This document shows, piece after piece, positions 9,929 through 19,849 of a DNA stretch of 64,000 nt. The translations under genes were made by a program, and so were the position numbers. Below the pieces are notes generated by a model. The model was not told where the DNA came from. It made no database searches and saw only the letters and a list, made by a program, of their open reading frames with translations. The stretch comes from an uncultured Candidatus Saccharibacteria bacterium (lineage in GTDB: Bacteria > Patescibacteriota > Doudnabacteria > UBA920): NCBI GenBank assembly GCA_964617815.1, contig CAZTXY010000001.1:67120-131119 (forward strand), read 5' to 3'. Position 1 is the first letter of the stretch; the number at the start of each line of letters is the position of its first letter.

Positions 9929-10984
9929 CTACCTTGGGATCTTACCAAAGTCTGTTGGAACCAAAACATCTTTAAGCATTTCCAGATCTTCCACCACTAC
10001 TCCAGTTCCGCGCACTACACATGTTAGGGGGTCGTCGGCCACAGTAACTAAAATTTTTGTCTCTTCATGAAGAAGTGTATCTAGTCCACGCAATAACGCC
10101 CCGCCACCAGCAAGGACAATCCCCTTATGCATAATATCAGAAATTATTTCTGGAGGAATTTCTTCAATAACTGATTTCACACTATTAACAATGGTTCGCA
10201 CCGATGTAGACAAAGCCTCCCTGACTTGCGAATCTGTAATTGTAACTTCTTTTGGTAGTCCTGTAACTAAATCTCTGCCCCGCATATGAGCAGATAAAGG
10301 CTCTGGCAATGGAAAAGCCGAACCAACTTGAATTTTAATGTCCTCGGCCGTGCGCTCACCTAATAATAAATTAAAATTATCACGCGCATACTGAATAATA
10401 TTTTGGTTCATCTCATCACCTGCAACCCGAACGCTCTTTGCCACCACCACGCCACCAAGGGACAGTACTGCAATTTCCGAAGTGCCACCGCCAATGTCGA
10501 TAATTAAACTTCCTTGCGCATCTTGCACTGGCAGACGCGCGCCAATGGCCGCAGCCATTGGTTCCTCAATTAGAAAAGCTTGGCGCGCTCCAGCATTTAT
10601 AGTTGCGTCTTGTACAGCACGTTTTTCTACCTCAGTCACGCCTGAAGGAATTCCTACCACCACTCGCGGACGTCTCAAAAAAGTATAAGTTTTATTGTGA
10701 ACTTTATCGATAAAATATCGAAGCATAGCTTCAGTAACTTCAAAGTCAGAAATTACTCCATCAACAAGCGGGCGAGTTGCCACAATATGGCTTGGCGTAC
10801 GGCCAACCATCCGGCGAGCTTCACTACCAATAGCCACAATCTGTTTAGTACGCTGGTTAACCGCCACCACAGATGGTTCATTGATAACAATACCCTTGCC
10901 TTTAACGTAGACGAGGGTATTGGCAGTTCCAAGATCTATACCAATGTCCTTGGAAAATCGGCTGAATAATGGGTCAAGAATCAT
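9929..10984 (-). CDS. mreB: rod shape-determining protein MreB
   Basis: Actin-like ATPase with the DLGTANT and LAGGGALL motifs. Confidence 0.95.
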   Translation of the reverse strand: MILDPLFSRFSKDIGIDLGTANTLVYVKGKGIVINEPSVVAVNQRTKQIVAIGSEARRMVGRTPSHIVATRPLVDGVISDFEVTEAMLRYFIDKVHNKTYTFLRRPRVVVGIPSGVTEVEKRAVQDATINAGARQAFLIEEPMAAAIGARLPVQDAQGSLIIDIGGGTSEIAVLSLGGVVVAKSVRVAGDEMNQNIIQYARDNFNLLLGERTAEDIKIQVGSAFPLPEPLSAHMRGRDLVTGLPKEVTITDSQVREALSTSVRTIVNSVKSVIEEIPPEIISDIMHKGIVLAGGGALLRGLDTLLHEETKILVTVADDPLTCVVRGTGVVVEDLEMLKDVLVPTDFGKIPR

Positions 10985-12240
10985 GTTTGAAGGTTTTTAA
11001 AATAATCTAATACAGTTGCTAATGGAATACGCGTTGAACTCTCTTGATTACGAAGTTTTATTTCAACTTCAGCATCTGCCAAAGTTTTACTCGAAACAAT
11101 GACGCGATATGGGATGCCGATTAAATCGCTGTCTGCAAATTTTTCCCCGGCCGATTTATCACGGTCATCGTACAACACTTCAATGCCGGCAGTTTGCAAA
11201 TCCCTATAAAGAGCGTCCGAAGCTGTTGTGACTTCTGCGCCATCCTTGCCAGCAATAGCTACAATATGCACTTTAAACGGAGCTAAGCTTTCTGGCCAAA
11301 TAATTCCATTGTCGTCATGAGAAACCTCCACGACCGTACCCATAACACGGCCAAGGCCAATTCCGTAAGAGCCCATCACTACAAAATTTTGCTTACCAGT
11401 TTGATCAGTGTATTTTAAATTAAAAGCTTCAGAGTATTTTGTTCCCAAAGGAAAAATATTTCCCACTTCAACCGATTTCTTCTTGGTTACTTTTGCACCA
11501 CATTTTGGGCATGGACTATCTTCAGATAATTTTGAGACCTCATGATTTTCAGCATAGTCGCAAGACTCGCAGGCAAAAATAGTATCCTCACCCACTTCTG
11601 TCTCAACTTGAAATTCATGGGTGAAATTTGCAGTAAACTCTCCGCCCGGAGCAAGGGTGTAGTATGCTTTCAAACCACAGCGTTTAAAAATATTACTGTA
11701 CGCCTTAGCAACTCTTTCATAATAGTTCATCAGATCGTCATCGCTATCATGAAAACTATATAAATCTTTCATCATAAACTCGCGCCCGCGAAGCAAACCA
11801 GATTTTGCACGGGCCTCATTCCTAAATTTAGTTTGAATTTGATAAGCTGAGAATGGCAAATCTTTATACGAATTTATAAAACCAGTGGCAATTTCTGCAA
11901 TAATTTCTTCATGAGTCCAGCTGATATTATAATTTGGTTCTTTATCTTTTCCTTCTACAACTTTAAACACAACATCCACATCCCAGCGACCAGTCGCCTG
12001 AAGATAATGTTTATCGTGCAGAGCAGGCATGAACATTTCCTGCCCGCCAATGGCATTCATTTCTTCGCGAATAATTGCAGCAATTTTTTGCATCACGCGC
12101 CAACCAATTGGTAAATAAGAATAAATCCCAGCGGAATTTTTATAAACAAAACCACCCTGCTCAAGCAGTCTGGCGTTTACAGAAACGTCATCTTTTGGTG
12201 ATGTTTTGCTAGTTTTTAAAAAATATGATGATTGTCGCAT
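10981..12240 (-). CDS. proS: prolyl-tRNA synthetase
   Basis: Class II aaRS catalytic core plus a C-terminal anticodon-binding domain. It overlaps mreB by 4 nt. Confidence 0.9.
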   Translation of the reverse strand: MRQSSYFLKTSKTSPKDDVSVNARLLEQGGFVYKNSAGIYSYLPIGWRVMQKIAAIIREEMNAIGGQEMFMPALHDKHYLQATGRWDVDVVFKVVEGKDKEPNYNISWTHEEIIAEIATGFINSYKDLPFSAYQIQTKFRNEARAKSGLLRGREFMMKDLYSFHDSDDDLMNYYERVAKAYSNIFKRCGLKAYYTLAPGGEFTANFTHEFQVETEVGEDTIFACESCDYAENHEVSKLSEDSPCPKCGAKVTKKKSVEVGNIFPLGTKYSEAFNLKYTDQTGKQNFVVMGSYGIGLGRVMGTVVEVSHDDNGIIWPESLAPFKVHIVAIAGKDGAEVTTASDALYRDLQTAGIEVLYDDRDKSAGEKFADSDLIGIPYRVIVSSKTLADAEVEIKLRNQESSTRIPLATVLDYFKNLQT

Positions 12241-12246
12241 GAATAA

Positions 12247-12280
12247 AGTACTCTGTACTAAGTACTAGGTACTCAGTACT
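12247..12280. repeat. tandem heptamer array AGTACTN x5
   Basis: Reads agtactc tgtacta agtacta ggtactc agtact. It lies between the proS start and the rseP stop. Confidence 0.7.
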
Positions 12281-12287
12281 ATAATAT

Positions 12288-13445
12288 TTAACTACCAAAT
12301 AATTTACTGATAATTCGGCCAACCCCACCAAGACTACTTACATCTTTGACTGTGATAACGGCCATGAGTAGTAATAGTAGCAAAAATCCGGCAGTGTTCG
12401 CTAGTTGCTCAAATTTTTGATTATTTCTCTTTCGCCTAATTTTCTCAATAATTAAGAACAAAACTCGACCACCGTCTAAGGCAGGAAAAGGTAAACTGTT
12501 AAGAATAGCTAAATTAAGCGATAAAAAAGCTGTAAACTGGACTAGATAAATAAAGCCCAGATCTGCCACCTGCCCTGTAAGCTGGGCAATTTTCACTGGC
12601 CCACCTAAACTATCTAAGCCCACGCCTTTGCTAAAGAGCTGATACATCCCTGTAAAAATGGCGCCGAGCTGAGAAATAGTTGTTCGGCCACCCTCCCAAA
12701 TAGCTTGCACTACAGGAAACTTTAACTTCCCAATCGTAGCAAGGGCAATTCCTGTTGGTCCCTGACCAGCTGGAGGTTCACTATTCGACTGCACTACTAA
12801 TTTTTGCTCTTGAGTAATACGCTTAATATTAAACTCAAAGGCCTGCCCTTTATTTGAAAAAATATATTCCTTTAACTCTGGTACCGTCGCAAATTTTTCG
12901 CCGTTAACTCCAGTGACAATATCACCAGCCAAGAGTCCGGCTCGACTTGCTGGTGAGTCTGGGCTAACTTCAATAATTGCCAGCTGAGCATCCCTAACTT
13001 GCGCATGTTTTCCTAAATCCTGCGTGTCATCGTAAGCTACTGGCAGTCCATACATGTAGCCTGCACTAAACAGCACCCAAGCGAGTACAACATTCATTAA
13101 TACTCCGCCAAGTAAAGTAAGCAACCTTGGGAAAAAAGGTTTGTTGATAAAACTTTTTGGATCGCTTTCTGATTCATTATTTTCACCAACAATTTTTACA
13201 AACCCGCCAAGTGGAATCCAGTTAATTGAATAAACTGTTTTTTCTTTGTCGATTGGATCTTTGTGACCCCACAGAAATTTAAATTTTCCACCCAACTTTT
13301 GAATACCAACTAAACGTGGCGGAAAACCAAATCCAAACTCATCAACTTTCATGCCACTTTTTTTGGCAATCAAAAAATGCCCTGCTTCGTGGACAAAGAC
13401 TAATACCCCCAAGATTATTATAAAAATCAAAATTGTTATTAACAT
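12288..13445 (-). CDS. rseP: site-2 protease (RseP-like M50 metalloprotease with PDZ domain)
   Basis: Has the HEAGHF zinc motif and a PDZ domain, and is polytopic. Confidence 0.85.
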   Translation of the reverse strand: MLITILIFIIILGVLVFVHEAGHFLIAKKSGMKVDEFGFGFPPRLVGIQKLGGKFKFLWGHKDPIDKEKTVYSINWIPLGGFVKIVGENNESESDPKSFINKPFFPRLLTLLGGVLMNVVLAWVLFSAGYMYGLPVAYDDTQDLGKHAQVRDAQLAIIEVSPDSPASRAGLLAGDIVTGVNGEKFATVPELKEYIFSNKGQAFEFNIKRITQEQKLVVQSNSEPPAGQGPTGIALATIGKLKFPVVQAIWEGGRTTISQLGAIFTGMYQLFSKGVGLDSLGGPVKIAQLTGQVADLGFIYLVQFTAFLSLNLAILNSLPFPALDGGRVLFLIIEKIRRKRNNQKFEQLANTAGFLLLLLLMAVITVKDVSSLGGVGRIISKLFGS

Positions 13446-13454
13446 AAAGGCTCC

Positions 13455-13473
13455 GAGTACTTAGTACTTAGTT
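13455..13473. repeat. tandem heptamer AGTACTT x2
   Basis: Reads gagtacttagtacttagtt. It lies between the rseP start and the frr stop. Confidence 0.55.
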
Positions 13474-14029
13474 AAACAGTCATTACTTCTTTTTCTTTAT
13501 CTTCGGCAACAGACTTAATCTCGCTATTATAGCTATCAATCATATCTTGAACTTTTTTTTGAGCATGGACAACATCGTCCTCGCCAATATGACCATCTGT
13601 TTCGGCTTTTTTAATAGCCTTCATTAAATCTTCACGGGTTTTGCGCACACCAATCTTAGCCTGTTCGGCAATTTGCCCTAACAGCTTAACCATCTCTTTT
13701 CGACGCTCTTCGGTCATTGCCGGTAAATTAATCCTAATTACAATTCCATCATTGCTTGGTGTAAAACCTAAATTAGCTACCATTATCCCTTTTTCAATGG
13801 CTTGCATCTGACTTTTATCCCAAGGACTAATGGTTAAAGTTTTTGCATCGCTTGCAGTGACGCTGGCAACTTGCTGAAGTGGAACTTTCGTCCCATAACT
13901 TTCCACCATAACTGTTGCAAGCAAAGCTGGATTAGCACGACCCGTGCGAATACTAGAGAGCTCATGATGGTAATGGTCTAGGTGCTTTTGGAATTCTTGT
14001 TTATGCTCGTTTATTATAGATTCAATCAT
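13472..14029 (-). CDS. frr: ribosome recycling factor
   Basis: 185 aa with typical RRF sequence. Confidence 0.9.
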   Translation of the reverse strand: MIESIINEHKQEFQKHLDHYHHELSSIRTGRANPALLATVMVESYGTKVPLQQVASVTASDAKTLTISPWDKSQMQAIEKGIMVANLGFTPSNDGIVIRINLPAMTEERRKEMVKLLGQIAEQAKIGVRKTREDLMKAIKKAETDGHIGEDDVVHAQKKVQDMIDSYNSEIKSVAEDKEKEVMTV

Positions 14030-14056
14030 ATTTTGTAATTAGTAGCTTAATTAGTA

Positions 14057-15115
14057 TTACTGTATATATATACCAGCAAACGCCTTTTGAGGCAACCTTG
14101 GATCAACTAAAATCACTTGAATATATCCAGTTGTTGGAATGCTCTGAGTTTGCCAAGACGAACCGTCGTCTATAGTTTTATAGATAGTCGCTCCTGCACC
14201 TACATACAAAACATTTGGACTAGACTGGCTTACCGCCAAACTTCGTATCACCACCCCTTTAGTATTTAAGGGTAAGTTTAAGGCTTCCCAACTGTTTCCA
14301 CCATCCACGCTTCGAAGTAGAGCAGTTTCAGCAGCAAGATAAATTCTTTGCCCACTACTATCTATTGCGGCTTGATAAAATGGACCAGCTTGCTTGTTTG
14401 CTAAAAATTGCGAAACCTGACTTCCTTGCGCAAATAGTGACGTTGTAAGATCAGAGACTGTAGCCCCTCCATCAACCGACTTCAGTAATCCTTTTCTCTG
14501 TAAGAGAATAAATAAACCACTGTCATTCCAATACAACCGCTGAATTTGAGTTTGAAGTTTTTGCAAAAGTTTCCAATGCTGGCCACCGTCCGTGCTAGAT
14601 ATAAGTTGTCCCGACTGCAGACCAATTACCACTTCACTAGAATTTCGCGGATTAATCACCACGGTTCGCACAGGATCACTTTTTGCCTCTTCATTATATA
14701 TTTCTTGCCAAGACTTTCCCCCGTCGCGCGTTACTAAGGCTTTACCATGTCCACCAAATGTCCCAGCCGCATAAATAACACTACTGTCGGTTGGATGAAA
14801 AGCAATGTCATAGACAATAATTTTTGACAAAATTTGTTGCCAAGTACCACCACCGTCGTCACTTTTATAAACTGCTCCGGCAAAACTACCAAGCACAAGC
14901 TTATTACTGTCGAAGGGATCGAACACTAAGGACGACACAGCAACTCCGCTTAAACTTGCATCACTATCTTTTAATTTATTTGAAAATTGCCAGTCTGCGC
15001 CACCATTGGTAGTTAAAACAAGCCCTGCTCCACTAACCGAACGAAAACTGTTGCACCCAGCAGACAACAACAGTAGTGGAACTATTAGTATAGCAAATTT
15101 TAGACCCTTAGACAT
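14057..15115 (-). CDS. BNR/Asp-box repeat beta-propeller lipoprotein (Ycf48/sortilin-like)
   Basis: Lipobox LLLSAGC. It has repeated S/T-x-D-G-G-x-x-W Asp-box motifs. Confidence 0.6.
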   Translation of the reverse strand: MSKGLKFAILIVPLLLLSAGCNSFRSVSGAGLVLTTNGGADWQFSNKLKDSDASLSGVAVSSLVFDPFDSNKLVLGSFAGAVYKSDDGGGTWQQILSKIIVYDIAFHPTDSSVIYAAGTFGGHGKALVTRDGGKSWQEIYNEEAKSDPVRTVVINPRNSSEVVIGLQSGQLISSTDGGQHWKLLQKLQTQIQRLYWNDSGLFILLQRKGLLKSVDGGATVSDLTTSLFAQGSQVSQFLANKQAGPFYQAAIDSSGQRIYLAAETALLRSVDGGNSWEALNLPLNTKGVVIRSLAVSQSSPNVLYVGAGATIYKTIDDGSSWQTQSIPTTGYIQVILVDPRLPQKAFAGIYIQ

Positions 15116-15125
15116 AAATTTTATT

Positions 15126-15974
15126 TTAGTGCATTAATAATTTTTGCAACACTAACTTCTTATTCAAATTTGCCTTAAGCCCATTTAGGGCTAAAAGGCA
15201 ACCGGACATTAAGCTAACTAATTGGGTGTTTGTCTTTAACATTGTCCGTGTCTTTGCCAACAACCTTGCTAAAATAGCAGCTAAATCTTCTTGCTCTAAG
15301 TCCGCCAATTGATTGATCGTTAAAATTTTTGTGGCCGCATCGCTCATGTAAGCATCAAATAATAAATTTGCTTTCTGTTCAATAATACTAGAAGCTTCTG
15401 GATTAGTAACTAACTCTCGCAAACAAGATGCTCTTCCCTGACTTTGGGCTAAGGCATCCTCGGAGGCCTGCCAACCCTTGAGCAAAGCAATAGCGCGTAA
15501 ATTACTACTAGAAAGTTCCGAAAAAATAACAACCTGACAACGTGACACGATGGTAGGTAAAAGATTTTTCTTATTTGAAATCAAAATTAGCACAGTACTT
15601 GGACTTGGTTCTTCAAGTGTCTTTAAAAGCGTATTGGCGGAAGTGAGATTTAAGTTCTCAGCACCATCAATAATAATAACTTTATACTGGCCCACAAATG
15701 GACGGCCACCTAATTCGGAAATAACTACTCTAATATGTTCGACGCTAGTGTCGTCTGTGACAGTGACTAACTTAAAATCTGGGTGAGCTAATAGATTATC
15801 TGCCGCAAGAAGCTGTGCGGCAAAGTCCTGCGCTAAACAAAGCTTTCCAACCCCTTCTGGCCCGGCAAATAAAAATGCATGCGAAATTTGCCCAGAGTTA
15901 AGCTGTAACTCCAAATTTTGCTTCACAAATTCATGCCCAATGACATTCCAAGACAAATTACCAGAAGATTTCAT
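15126..15974 (-). CDS. holB: DNA polymerase III subunit delta prime
   Basis: Clamp-loader AAA+ fold with GPEGVGK. Its size (282 aa) fits delta prime. Confidence 0.7.
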   Translation of the reverse strand: MKSSGNLSWNVIGHEFVKQNLELQLNSGQISHAFLFAGPEGVGKLCLAQDFAAQLLAADNLLAHPDFKLVTVTDDTSVEHIRVVISELGGRPFVGQYKVIIIDGAENLNLTSANTLLKTLEEPSPSTVLILISNKKNLLPTIVSRCQVVIFSELSSSNLRAIALLKGWQASEDALAQSQGRASCLRELVTNPEASSIIEQKANLLFDAYMSDAATKILTINQLADLEQEDLAAILARLLAKTRTMLKTNTQLVSLMSGCLLALNGLKANLNKKLVLQKLLMH

Positions 15975-16053
15975 ATCTTCATTATATCACCATTTATTGT
16001 TTAAAAAAACCTCTTTTTAAGAAAGTTTTCACTTATTGAGTAACATTTATAAT

Positions 16054-16590
16054 TTACTCACTAACAGTAATTGACCCTGTACTTGATGGGCTCAAGTGGT
16101 CGTGAAATTTCCAAGTCCCAAGCTTGGTAAATTTAAAATCAAAAGACTTTCCAGGAGCAATGGCGGCCTTGGCGTCAAACTCGGGATACTCGGTATGAGT
16201 TGGGTGGTCGCTGGATGCTGGCCAAAAATCCTGCTGGCTCTTATTGCGAAAAATTACAATGTCACCAAGTTTAATAGAAACTGTTGCAGGAGAAAAACTC
16301 TTTCCATTAAAATCTATTTCTGTGACTTGAATATCCAACCCTTCAATATCTGATTCATCACTAAAACGAGTTTCGTTTGGAAAAGACGGTGCATCTTTTG
16401 GAGCATCTGCTGTTAAAGGCATTTCTGGGGATTGTTTTTTTTCACTCGAACTATCGCTTTTAGCAGATGAGTTTTCTAAAGAGTCTTCAGTCGTCGGAGC
16501 CAATACTTTATTTTTTTGCTGGTCATAGAAATAATATCCTCCAAAAATTATAGCAAGAGCAAAAAAACCAACTATCAGTTTTGTTTTCAT
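16054..16590 (-). CDS. secreted cupredoxin-like domain protein
   Basis: N-terminal TM or signal peptide followed by a low-complexity linker. The C-terminal beta-sandwich carries His-rich HTEYPEF...HDH motifs. Confidence 0.4.
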   Translation of the reverse strand: MKTKLIVGFFALAIIFGGYYFYDQQKNKVLAPTTEDSLENSSAKSDSSSEKKQSPEMPLTADAPKDAPSFPNETRFSDESDIEGLDIQVTEIDFNGKSFSPATVSIKLGDIVIFRNKSQQDFWPASSDHPTHTEYPEFDAKAAIAPGKSFDFKFTKLGTWKFHDHLSPSSTGSITVSE

Positions 16591-16661
16591 ATAATTGTTA
16601 AGCTTTACTAATAAAAGGTATACTATAGTGTAACATAATTAAACTTTAAAGCTTAGAAATT

Positions 16662-17639
16662 ATGGGAGTTCGAACTAAAATTATTGCTATTATCGGACCA
16701 ACTGCCAGCGGAAAAAGTGAGTTGGCTGTAGAAATTGCCAAAAAACTCAACGGTGAAATTATTTCAGCAGATAGCCGTCAAGTCTATCGCGGCATGGATA
16801 TTGGAACTGGTAAAGTGACGGGAGCCTGGCATAGCATTCCATGCTCCTGTCATCCTGAGCTTGTCGAAGGATCTCTCCATAATTCTCAAAGCTCTAAAAA
16901 AATATACCTTTACAAATCTATTCCTCATTACGGTATTGATATCGCCAGTCCTAGCACCCAATGTTCAGTAGCGAAGTTTCAAAGTTACGCCAAAAAAACT
17001 ATCGCTGAAATTATTGCTCAAGGAAAAATTCCAATAATTTGCGGGGGCACTGGTCATTGGGTAGATGCAGTATTGTTCGATCAAAACTTGCCAGCTGTTA
17101 AACCCGACCTTAAACTTAGAAAAAAGCTTGAAAAACTTAATACTGCCCAGCTTTTTAATAAATTAACAAAACTAGATCCGCGCCGCGCAGAAAATATTGA
17201 CGCAAAAAATCCACGGCGTTTAATTCGCGCGCTTGAAATTATTGCGAGCACCGGAAAACCAGTTCCGGCATCAAATGCAGAAACAAAATACGATGTGCTC
17301 TGGCTTGGTATTGCTCACGACAAAATCATCTTAGATAAACGAATCGATAAACGATTGGATGGATGGCTAAAATCTGGCATGATCAAAGAAGTAACAAACT
17401 TACATGCAAATGGCTTGTCTTGGAAACGGCTTGAGGAATTTGGCTTAGAATACAAATTTGTTGCACAATTTCTTCAACACAAACTTTCCATAATTGAAAT
17501 GAGGACTTTAACCGCTACCGCAATCAAACAATACGCCAAACGACAGATGACTTGGTTTAAGCGCAATAAAAATATTCACTGGATAAAATCAAAACTAGAG
17601 GCCTTATCCCGAGCCAAAAACTTTTTACATCACAATTAA
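16662..17639 (+). CDS. miaA: tRNA dimethylallyltransferase
   Basis: P-loop GPTASGKS and IPHYGIDI. It contains an extra segment of about 25 aa encoded by a MITE-like repeat fragment. Confidence 0.9.
   Translation: MGVRTKIIAIIGPTASGKSELAVEIAKKLNGEIISADSRQVYRGMDIGTGKVTGAWHSIPCSCHPELVEGSLHNSQSSKKIYLYKSIPHYGIDIASPSTQCSVAKFQSYAKKTIAEIIAQGKIPIICGGTGHWVDAVLFDQNLPAVKPDLKLRKKLEKLNTAQLFNKLTKLDPRRAENIDAKNPRRLIRALEIIASTGKPVPASNAETKYDVLWLGIAHDKIILDKRIDKRLDGWLKSGMIKEVTNLHANGLSWKRLEEFGLEYKFVAQFLQHKLSIIEMRTLTATAIKQYAKRQMTWFKRNKNIHWIKSKLEALSRAKNFLHHN
16847..16875 (+). repeat. MITE-like element fragment (left half) inside the miaA coding sequence
   Basis: ctgtcatcctgagcttgtcgaaggatctc matches the element at 31287 at 27 of 29 nt. 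Confidence 0.7.
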
Positions 17640-17656
17640 AAAAGCAAATCAAAAAA

Positions 17657-17695
17657 CCATCTCTAATTCGCGCGGATTAGAGATGGTTTTTGTTT
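17657..17695 (+). terminator. Rho-independent terminator after miaA
   Basis: 11-bp stem ccatctctaat/attagagatgg followed by tttttgttt. Confidence 0.8.
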
Positions 17696-17696
17696 A

Positions 17697-17819
17697 CAGA
17701 ACTTATGGGCTTGGATTGAGTACGAGGCATTTTGCGAGGACTTTTGGAGGCGTAGTCAGACTACGGCGACAAAAACCTCAGCAAAATAACAAAGTAATCG
17801 GCCAAGCCCATAAGTTCTG
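17697..17819. repeat. 123-bp element with perfect 18-bp terminal inverted repeats
   Basis: cagaacttatgggcttgg at 17697-17714 is the exact reverse complement of ccaagcccataagttctg at 17802-17819. Confidence 0.85.
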
Positions 17820-17821
17820 TT

Positions 17822-19321
17822 TTATTCTGATAATTTTTTCTTAAGCAGTTCATTAACCACAGAAGGATTACCTTTTCCTTTTAACTCCTTCATTGCCATT
17901 CCAACCAGAAAACCAAAACTTTTCTCTTGCCCAGCTTTATAGTCAGTCACGGCTTTTTCGTTTTCTAAAATAACTTTTTCCACGGCTTGCAAAATTGCAC
18001 CTTCGTCGCTAACTTGCTCGAGCCCTAAATCCAAAACAATATTATCTGGCTCGCCGCCTTTTTCATACATTACTTTAAAAACTTGCTTGGCTGCACTACC
18101 AGAGATTTTTCCTTGTTCAATCAATTTCACCAATTCTGCCATATTTTCTGCACTAACAAGTGATTCATCTGGATTTTTATGTTCTGCGTTCAATAATGCG
18201 CTAAAATCCTGCAAACACCAGTTTGCCGCTGTTTTAATCAACTTAGATCTATCTAAACCATCACCATCTTGCTCTATCCACTCGTCAAGCTCACTAATCA
18301 CATCTTCAAAGTAATAGTTAAGGTCTTTCCACACAAGCAAGTTCTCAATATCTGCTTCCGGCAAACTATATTCATCTTTAAAACGAATTCGCTTGCTAGC
18401 CGGCAATTCCGGTAAGTTGCTACGCAAATCATCTAAATATTCTTTTGTGAAATGCAAAACTGGTAAATCTGGATCTGGGAAATAACGATAATCGTTGGCC
18501 TCTTCTTTACTTCGTTGTTCAACGGTGATGTTATCTTTTTCGTTCCAACCCATAGTAACCTGTTTTGGCATGCCGCCATTTTCCAAAATTTCTGTCTGGC
18601 GTTTAATTTCGTAATTAATTGCGCTTTCTGCAAATTTAAACGAGTTGATATTTTTGACTTCAACTTTGTACTTAGGAAGAGTTGTCTCCCCTGGCTTACG
18701 CACCGAAATGTTTGGCTCACAGCGCATTGTCCCTTTTTCCATATCTGCGACACCTGCTCCAACGTAACGAACAATACTGCGAAGTTCCTGCAAAAAAATT
18801 CGTGCTTCTTCAGCACTTTCAATATCCGGCTCGGTGACAATTTCCAAAAGTGGACAACCAGCGCGGTTATAGTTTACTAAAGAATACGGCAAGCCCTCAG
18901 GATGAATATTCTTTCCTGCATCTTCTTCTAGGTGAGCACGAGTAATCCGAATGCGCTTAGGTTTTCCTTGTACCATAATATCAACATAACCTGCTTGCGC
19001 AATTGGCTCATCGTACTGAGAAATTTGATACCCTTTTGGAAGGTCTGGATAAAAGTAATGCTTACGGTCGAACTTCGAATATTCGTCAATTCTACAATTA
19101 AGTGCCAAGCCAACCATAACACCCAAGCGCACAGCTTCTTGGTTCACAACTGGAAGTGTTCCAGGTTCGGCAGTCACCACCTCATCTATATTTACGTTTG
19201 GCTCAACAGTGTCAGGATTATTTGGCGCGCTCGAAAACATCTTGCTCTTGGTAGCAAGCTGAACGTGAATTTCCATGCCAATCACCGGCCTATATGTATT
19301 TAATTCTTTTTCTTCTGCCAT
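17822..19321 (-). CDS. gatB: Asp/Glu-tRNA amidotransferase subunit B
   Basis: 499 aa with typical GatB sequence and a C-terminal YqeY-like domain. Confidence 0.95.
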   Translation of the reverse strand: MAEEKELNTYRPVIGMEIHVQLATKSKMFSSAPNNPDTVEPNVNIDEVVTAEPGTLPVVNQEAVRLGVMVGLALNCRIDEYSKFDRKHYFYPDLPKGYQISQYDEPIAQAGYVDIMVQGKPKRIRITRAHLEEDAGKNIHPEGLPYSLVNYNRAGCPLLEIVTEPDIESAEEARIFLQELRSIVRYVGAGVADMEKGTMRCEPNISVRKPGETTLPKYKVEVKNINSFKFAESAINYEIKRQTEILENGGMPKQVTMGWNEKDNITVEQRSKEEANDYRYFPDPDLPVLHFTKEYLDDLRSNLPELPASKRIRFKDEYSLPEADIENLLVWKDLNYYFEDVISELDEWIEQDGDGLDRSKLIKTAANWCLQDFSALLNAEHKNPDESLVSAENMAELVKLIEQGKISGSAAKQVFKVMYEKGGEPDNIVLDLGLEQVSDEGAILQAVEKVILENEKAVTDYKAGQEKSFGFLVGMAMKELKGKGNPSVVNELLKKKLSE

Positions 19322-19386
19322 ATATTTATCTTAAATTTTAGGATAGTTCTTCTGACAACTTTTCCATAGCTCTTAATTACTTATTC

Positions 19387-19839
19387 TTAGACCAGGCATA
19401 ATGTTATAAATTGATACCAATCTTTACAATTTTGAGAAAAGAAAATATAAAATACGAGGCCCAAAATAACAGCTATGACCAGAATGCCCAAATATCCCAA
19501 TGCCTTTTTCCACATAACTGTATTATTTGTTAGCTTTAATAAGAAGATCATAACGGGATACAACACAAATAAATTAATCACTGCGCCTACGTATGGCAAT
19601 AATACTGATACCTCTCCAAGACTAAGTTTTTCAGTAATAACTATTACTAAAGTCCAAGGTAAACCCAATATAACAAGAACAAATAAAGCCGCAGCTCCAT
19701 CCAGCCCATCCTGACCTGTAGCTTTCATAAAATAAATAGTCAAAAATACAAGTGAGACAAAAAATGGTAACGGAATCCATTTCTTCAGCCCGAGACTACT
19801 CTTAACTGCTACTGGTTTTAAAATATTTTGTTCTTCCAT
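19387..19839 (-). CDS. hypothetical polytopic membrane protein
   Basis: Start trimmed to MEEQNIL. It has 4-5 TM helices and lies between gatA and gatB. Confidence 0.45.
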   Translation of the reverse strand: MEEQNILKPVAVKSSLGLKKWIPLPFFVSLVFLTIYFMKATGQDGLDGAAALFVLVILGLPWTLVIVITEKLSLGEVSVLLPYVGAVINLFVLYPVMIFLLKLTNNTVMWKKALGYLGILVIAVILGLVFYIFFSQNCKDWYQFITLCLV

Positions 19840-19849
19840 ATTTGACCAA

